Below, piece after piece: positions 8,958-15,128 of a DNA stretch of 15,128 nucleotides (positions are counted from its first letter, which is position 1; the number at the start of each line of letters is the position of its first letter). A model generated the notes under the pieces. It was not told where the DNA came from. It saw only the letters and a program-made list of their open reading frames with translations, and did no database searches. A program made the translations under genes and the position numbers. The DNA comes from Octopus sinensis (Eukaryota), in assembly GCF_006345805.1 (NCBI RefSeq), contig NW_021825558.1, positions 1-15,128 on the forward strand, in the 5' to 3' direction.

Positions 8958-9190
8958 TTAAGCTGTGCGGAAAGTTCTGAGTGTTTTTAAGCGAAATCTT
9001 TTAAAGTTTTATTGAACACACCTAAAACAGTACAATTAAAACTTTGGCGTCACTTGAAGTGGTAGTGTATCTCTTCTTTGTTTCTGACTAAAAGATTTAT
9101 CTTTCATTCCAGTTACGCTTTATTGACATTTGAAATGGATAACCAAAGATTTGTTATTCGCGTTGTAATGCTTTTCTTTTTTTCTTAAAA
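8958..9190 (+). mobile_element. Decayed mariner left end with start of transposase
   Basis: TTAAGCTGTGCGGAAAGTTCTGAGTGTTTTT resembles mariner TIRs. ATG at 9135 gives MDNQRFVIRVVMLFFFS*, similar to mariner N-termini of the MENQKEHxRHxxLxxF type. Ends at a microsatellite; no right TIR seen. Confidence 0.5.
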
Positions 9191-9192
<2 letters not shown>

Positions 9193-9240
<48 letters not shown>

Positions 9241-9255
9241 ATGTGTGTGTGTGTG

Positions 9256-9321
<66 letters not shown>

Positions 9322-9323
9322 TA

Positions 9324-9354
<31 letters not shown>

Positions 9355-9362
9355 TATATATG
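9193..9362. repeat. Compound (TA)n/(TG)n/(CA)n microsatellite
   Basis: Directly visible. Confidence 0.95.
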
Positions 9363-10033
9363 CACTTTTGTGTTTATTTTATGAAAACGTGAGCTGAAAT
9401 TGATACGGATTTTTCATATCTTTAATATAAATCCTGTTCTCTGTGTGTGCGTGTTTAAAAGATTATAACGGCCGTGTTTTTCAGCTGATTTTCTCCAAAC
9501 TGGGAACATACATTACTTATGTTCCAGGGATGGTTCTAAACTCTTAAAACATTTCACATAATGAGTAACGGGGAGATAAATCTGCGAAGTAACTTTCAGA
9601 AATTGAGTGTCTCACTTACATCCATTGGTCATAAAAAATATTGCTTTTAATATTCACGTCTTTGAATGTTTTTTTTAAATATTTACTTCCGGTTTTCTCG
9701 TGTCAATGCTGTCTATATCTCTCTATCCATCTCTCTCTATCGCTCAATATATCTCTGTCTATATCTCTCTATCCATCTCGCTCTATATATCTATCTATCT
9801 CTCTATATCTCTCTGTCTATATATTATGTGTCTATCTATATCTATCTTATTTGTCTAACTAGTTAGCTCACTCTCTCCCCCTCTCTCTATATCTCACTCA
9901 TTCTTTATTGTTTTCACTTCCATTTTCAGACGCTATTGTTTTCCCTTTAAGTTCAATCGCTATTGTTTTCACTGTATGTTTTCAATCGCTATTTACAAAC
10001 AATAACGACAAATTACTTAGAGAAAGAATTGCA

Positions 10034-10375
10034 GATGAAAGTAATTTCATACATAATTTACTAATAGAAGTAACTTTATAAATTTCACTTCAATCCGTAC
10101 ACTTCGTTAAATTTGCCTACAAATTTCTTATTTACTTTTGCAACGTTTTGTGGGTTTTTTTTTGTCGTTGACGGAACTACTGATTAAAGTAAGTTCATAA
10201 TTTGCTGACAGAAGCAATTTCAAAAATTTCACTTAAATCCGTACACTTAGTTAATTTCCCCCAAAATTCCTTATTTATTTTTGCAACGGTTTCGTGTTTT
10301 TATACTGTTAACGGCTTTTTCTGGTTCGTTCGATACTGGTTCTTTGGTTCATGAACAAATTTCATTCAACCCGTA
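10034..10375 (+). repeat. Degenerate ~144-148 bp tandem repeat (2 copies plus partial) inside the Helitron
   Basis: AATTTCACTT(C/A)AATCCGTACACTT(C/A)GTTAA...CTTATTTA(C/T)TTTTGCAACG starts at 10081 and 10225. A partial third copy AAATTTCATTCAACCCGTA lies at 10357-10375. Confidence 0.85.
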
Positions 10376-10514
10376 TAAATCTTTATTTTCCGTAAAAATT
10401 TATTTCCTACTTTCTGCTCGTAGTATAAAGAAATATAATTTTTGCTACCCAGTTATTTTCATTGTTTACTATCTTCTGCACCCGTGTATTTCTGTATATG
10501 TATATGTGTCTACA

Positions 10515-11101
10515 ATGTCAAGGTCAGCCAAAAGAATGTCTCTGTCCAGGGAAAGAGAGACAACTGCAGAAAGGGAAGCATACCAAGAAACGAACAGACT
10601 GTGCACTACAAAAGCCACAGCATCTTAAAGTGATGAACAGAGGCATGCACGGCTGACATGGAATAGGATCTCCACTGCAGAACGAAGAGCAGCTGCAACA
10701 TCTCAGAGAAGCAACTTCTATAAAACAGCTTTCAATTATGATCTAGCAGTTCATTATGCAGATGACGCTAGAGTTTCCAATGGTGCAGTAACAACTGAGT
10801 GCATACATTGTAAAGCAAGGAAATGGCTTGGAGAGACAACCTGTACTGTAATGGTGGAAAGGTTAAACTCCCTGCAATAACCCAACCCCCAGAGCCATTG
10901 AAGAAACTGTTGTCATCAACTGGCCAAGATTCCAAGCACTTCCAAAACAAAATTAGACAATACAGCGCTACACTACAGATGACATCATTTGGAGCCACAA
11001 GCGATTTAACTGAACCAGGATTCATGCAAACTTTCAAGCTCCAAGGTCAGATTTATCATCGAATTCGCTCTCTACTACTTCTGCCAAATGAATCACCGAA
11101 A
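10515..11101 (+). pseudogene. Disrupted N-terminal fragment of Helitron Rep/Helicase (RepHel)
   Basis: From ATG 10515: MSRSAKRMSLSRERETTAEREAYQ...ATAS*SDEQRHARL...TAFNYDLAVHYADDARVSNGAVTTECIHCKARKWLGET. A frameshift near 10839-10841 continues as LYCNGGKVKLPAITQPPEPLKKLL...FQNKIRQYSATLQMTSFGA...TFKLQGQIYHRIRSLLLLPNESPK. These match the AFNYD, CxxC..CC..GKVKLP, QMTSFG and QGQIYHR motifs of RepHel N-termini. In-frame stop at 10626-10628. Confidence 0.9.
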
Positions 11102-12042
11102 TCGGCCTTTCATTGTTTATAATCTGCACCTGTTTTTTGTTTACGAAATAAGCTACACAATACGTGTTTTTGAATTACGTGTACTTACTTTATATACATA
11201 TATGAGTTGAAAACTTTCTTTTACTATTTCACTTAATGTCTATGTTCCATGCTGGCATGGATCGGAGAGTTAATGTAGAATGTTGGTATGTCAGCTACTA
11301 GCAGTTGAGACCTGCGTAATATAGACGGGGTTTTTAAGTTTCATTGTTCTCTTTAACCCGGGCAACGCCTGGTATTTCTGCTAGTAGCTAATAAAAGCAC
11401 ACGCACTAGTTACGTTTCACTTCAGTTTTATAATAGGTCTATTAGATAATTAAGCAATTGACCAGTTGATTAATCAGTTAATCTGTCAAAGTCCTTTCGT
11501 CACAGTCTAAGGTACTCAAAGAGGAAATTTCAGGCAGAAAAATAACAACGGTTCAACAGAGATAGGAAATAATTTTTCCACTCTGTCATAAATATATAAA
11601 CCAAAAGTAAAACAATCTTTCTGTTGAGGATGACTGGCTGACGAATTATTTAAGAAATAAGTTAGATGTTTACAGAGATTCATAGGATTACATGAATATA
11701 GACTATGTAAATGTATTGGGGACTGAGGTTTCGTGTACATTTTTCTCCCTCTGCAACAGGCCCTTTCGTCAGTCGCAGCGTACTTAACACGCATGATTTT
11801 TTCATATATATATACATATGACATGCAGGTGAAGAGAACAGTTTTACGATGCGTTTACAGTGCTTTCTTGAACGTTTTCTTTGAAAATTATGTTTAAATC
11901 AGTGATTGGTTAAATTCTTGAAGTTATGAATAAGAGAAACACCTTTTACTTATCAACTTATCGACATTCAAACCAGATTATACAATGTATCTTACACAAG
12001 GTGAAGTTTACACATATACACAAACATGCATACATTCTAACA

Positions 12043-12070
12043 TGCATGCATTCATACATACATACATACA

Positions 12071-12104
<34 letters not shown>
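12043..12104. repeat. (CATA)n tetranucleotide repeat
   Basis: Directly visible. Confidence 0.9.
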
Positions 12105-12243
12105 ATCAGGTAATCAAGAAACCCACAGAGACATAATACTGTGATGGAGAATTAACGAAGTTACAAGCTTGTGTGCGTGTGTGTGTAAGTGTAGGTATTC
12201 TGTATATGTGTATTTGAGCTTGTATATATGTATACATATATAC

Positions 12244-12613
12244 AATGACCCAGTGGTTAGGGCAGCGGACTCGCGGTGTTAGGATCGCGGTTTCGATTCC
12301 CAGACCGAGTGTTGTGAGTGTTTATTGAGCGAAAACACTTAAAGCTCCACAAGGCTCCGGCAGGGGGTGGTGGTGAACCCTGCTGTACTCTTTCACCACA
12401 ACTTTCTCTTACTCTTTCTTCCTGTTTCTGTTGCACCTGTATTACAAAAGGCCAGCCTTGTCAAACTGTGTGTCACGCTGGATCTCCCCGAGAACTACGT
12501 TATGGGTAGACGTGTCTGTGGAGTGCTCAGCCACTTGCACGTTAATTTCACGAGCAGGCTGTTCCGTTGATCGGATCAACTAGAACACTCGTCGTCATAA
12601 CCGATGGAGTGCC
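12244..12613 (+). mobile_element. tRNA-derived SINE (octopus-type family), near full length
   Basis: A-box-like TGACCCAGTGG at 12246-12256 and B box GGTTTCGATTCCC at 12289-12301 with tRNA-like spacing. About 310 bp of body follows, ending CCGATGGAGTGCC just upstream of a (CA)n run. Confidence 0.88.
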
Positions 12614-12622
12614 TCTAGTTAT

Positions 12623-12625
12623 ATG

Positions 12626-12665
<40 letters not shown>

Positions 12666-12721
12666 TATATAATTATGTATATCATACACAAACAATCACA
12701 CACTCACAGATATATATATAT

Positions 12722-12768
<47 letters not shown>

Positions 12769-12785
12769 ACATATATATAATTATA
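12623..12785. repeat. (CA)n and (TA)n microsatellites
   Basis: Directly visible. Confidence 0.9.
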
Positions 12786-13245
12786 TAATGACACTTACGT
12801 ATCTTGTATGAATTTACAGTTGTTTAGAGACAATCATACATGCAATTATATATATGAATAATCACACACGCATTCTGGCGTGCAAGCGTTCATCTGTCTG
12901 TGCGTCTATAAAAAAGTATGCATATCTTTAGCTATATGTAAAGTGTGCGCGTGAAGCACATACAACCAGCGTAAGCACATGCACATTTACACTCACACAT
13001 ACGCATCTATCAGAACGAATGTAATCATGTGCATGCCATTATCTTTCAACAATTACAAATGCAGGCTTCCACACAAATGTAGACACATGTATATATACAC
13101 AGACAAACACACACACACACACACAAACATCACACACGCACTCATGTTTGTGCGTATCTGTTTATGTGTATATTGCATGCGTGTGTTTGTGTATGTAATG
13201 TATTTGATATGTATATGTATATATTTATAAATATACGTATAATTA

Positions 13246-13322
<77 letters not shown>

Positions 13323-13338
13323 ATCTATCTATCTATCC

Positions 13339-13393
<55 letters not shown>

Positions 13394-13407
13394 CTATCTA
13401 TCTATCC

Positions 13408-13438
<31 letters not shown>

Positions 13439-13447
13439 ATCTATCTT

Positions 13448-13478
<31 letters not shown>

Positions 13479-13507
13479 GTCTTCTGTCTGTCTGTCTGTC
13501 TGTCTGT
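13246..13507. repeat. Long (TATC)n array grading into (CTGT)n
   Basis: Interrupted TATC run to about 13478, then CTGT run. Explains the SIYL repeats in ORF 13164..13646. Confidence 0.95.
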
Positions 13508-13569
13508 TTATAACTCAAATGTTATGTATAAATATATAAACACACACTGGCACGTAAACCACAAACACA

Positions 13570-13621
<52 letters not shown>

Positions 13622-14152
13622 TCAATACATAAACAAACAAATATAAAAAAAGTGCCATATCGTTTTTTTTCTTATTTTTCTTATTTTTCTCGCATCATTA
13701 AGAACAAGAAAGGTTTCAGATAATTTAGAGATCGGAACTATTCCCTTATCCTCCTCCTCCTCTCATGCCTCATTCTGGAAGACATGTTACTTTAATGAAA
13801 CTTACGTCACAACGCATATAATACAGGTACAAACACAGGGTATATATACATACGGGTATATATACACACGACTGGTATTTTCTGCCTATCTGTCAATCTG
13901 TTTTCACAGTATTTCTGTTTTTTCTTTCTCTCTTTTTCTCTGTCTGTCTGTCTCCCTCTCTCCTTCTCCTCCTCCTCCTCCCCCTCTTCTATACATACAT
14001 ACATACATACATACATACATACATACATGCATACAAACACAGATACTTACATGCAAACGCACATATACATACATGCATACAGAACCGTACATAAGCACAT
14101 ATACACGTATATATATGTATGGTCACACATACACGCACACACACATATGTAC

Positions 14153-14184
14153 TTGCGTACATATTTACATTTATATCTATACAT

Positions 14185-14238
<54 letters not shown>

Positions 14239-14247
14239 GTAATATAT

Positions 14248-14281
<34 letters not shown>

Positions 14282-14411
14282 ATATTTCTATATCTATACC
14301 TGCATACATATGTGTATGCAGGTATAGATATAGAAATATATAATATATATTATATATATATATATATATGTGTGTGTGTATGTATAGATATAAATGTAAA
14401 TATGTACGCAA
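14153..14411. repeat. Fold-back inverted repeat (large palindrome)
   Basis: Inner arms 14282-14308 and 14313-14339 are perfect 27-bp complements around a 4-nt spacer. Outer arms 14153-14187 and 14377-14411 are perfect 35-bp complements. They are separated by complementary CA/TG and TA runs of unequal length. Confidence 0.95.
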
Positions 14412-14465
14412 TATGTATGCATACATACGTACACCGCATATATATACATACCTATATAATACATG

Positions 14466-14499
<34 letters not shown>

Positions 14500-14705
14500 T
14501 ACGTACATATCTACGTAATACAATATATTCGTAGATGCGTACATACCTAGATACATACATGCATAGACACCCCCCCCACACACACACGCATATATATATA
14601 CAACCAAACTTACATACATACGTATATACATACATAAATACACACAGGCATAAATATGTGCATGCAAACATGTATACATACGCACCATGTACCCACATTG
14701 CGTAC

Positions 14706-14977
14706 ATAACGAAAGGTCACAACTGCAAAATGGAAGCAGAGCCGTGGAAAGGAGAAGGAAAGGAAGAGGCAACGAAAATAAAAGAAGGTTTGCAGATGCA
14801 ATTGCAACATAACGGAAGACTCCTTTGACAGGATGGAATCAGCTTGGAGCAGTTGAAGATGAAGAGGACGACGACGGCGACGACGACGATACGACGATAC
14901 GACGATGACGCGGCGATGATCATAGAGGCAGCAGTTGGTCGTGATGCTACTGCTGCTGTTGCTGCCTCTGTTGCTGT

Positions 14978-15010
<33 letters not shown>

Positions 15011-15011
15011 C

Positions 15012-15083
<72 letters not shown>

Positions 15084-15089
15084 GATGAC

Positions 15090-15124
<35 letters not shown>

Positions 15125-15128
15125 CGTT
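14706..15128 (-). CDS. Weak candidate coding exon (Ser-rich low-complexity stretch plus hydrophobic segment), running off the window end
   Basis: One minus frame is open from the window end to TGA 14717-14719 (poly-S, TATEAATAAVAS...YRRIVVVAVVVLFIF). A donor-like TAT|GTACGC follows at 14706. No homology recognised. Confidence 0.15.
14978..15124. repeat. (GAT)n trinucleotide array with GAC/GGT interruptions
   Basis: Directly visible. Confidence 0.97.

Larger units (their letters stand above)
9419..11384 (+). mobile_element. Non-autonomous Helitron (about 1.97 kb) with both termini
   Basis: 3' end: subterminal hairpin ACCCGG-GCAACG-CCTGGT at 11356-11373 (one mismatch), then CTAG at 11381-11384 followed by T. 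5' end: A|TC at 9418-9420, then an AT-rich leader, a short TG repeat and a GATTTT motif typical of Helitron 5' ends. An internal RepHel fragment lies on the same strand. The 5' boundary is less certain than the 3' boundary. Confidence 0.8.

Noticed and set aside
11440-11490. Cluster of TAAT/ATTA homeodomain-like sites including TGATTAATCA
   Set aside because: Expected by chance in AT-rich DNA, with no independent support.
11516-11824. 102-aa minus-strand ORF
   Set aside because: No recognisable motif, and the length is within the chance range.

Overview
AT-rich eukaryotic non-coding DNA (intergenic or deep intronic), saturated with microsatellites and decayed transposable elements. The SINE families and microsatellite load suggest a coleoid cephalopod, probably Octopus; this is inferred from recalled repeat families, not from a search. 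No intact protein-coding gene, tRNA/rRNA gene or CRISPR array is supported, and nearly all ORFs in the track are translations of simple repeats. Recognisable elements: three tRNA-derived SINEs, a small mariner MITE, a mariner left-end fragment, an RTE-clade LINE 3' end, a probable RTE 5' UTR, and a ~2 kb non-autonomous Helitron with both termini and a disrupted RepHel N-terminus. The best leads are structural. (1) A truncated RTE insertion splits a SINE and carries 113 bp copied from 632 bp upstream at its 5' junction. (2) An 816-bp unclassified element with exact 34-bp terminal direct repeats sits inside a (TA)n tract. (3) A ~260-bp fold-back palindrome lies at 14153-14411. (4) The RTE-like 5' UTR contains a clean H-type pseudoknot. 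I see no strong evidence for a new multi-gene system here.
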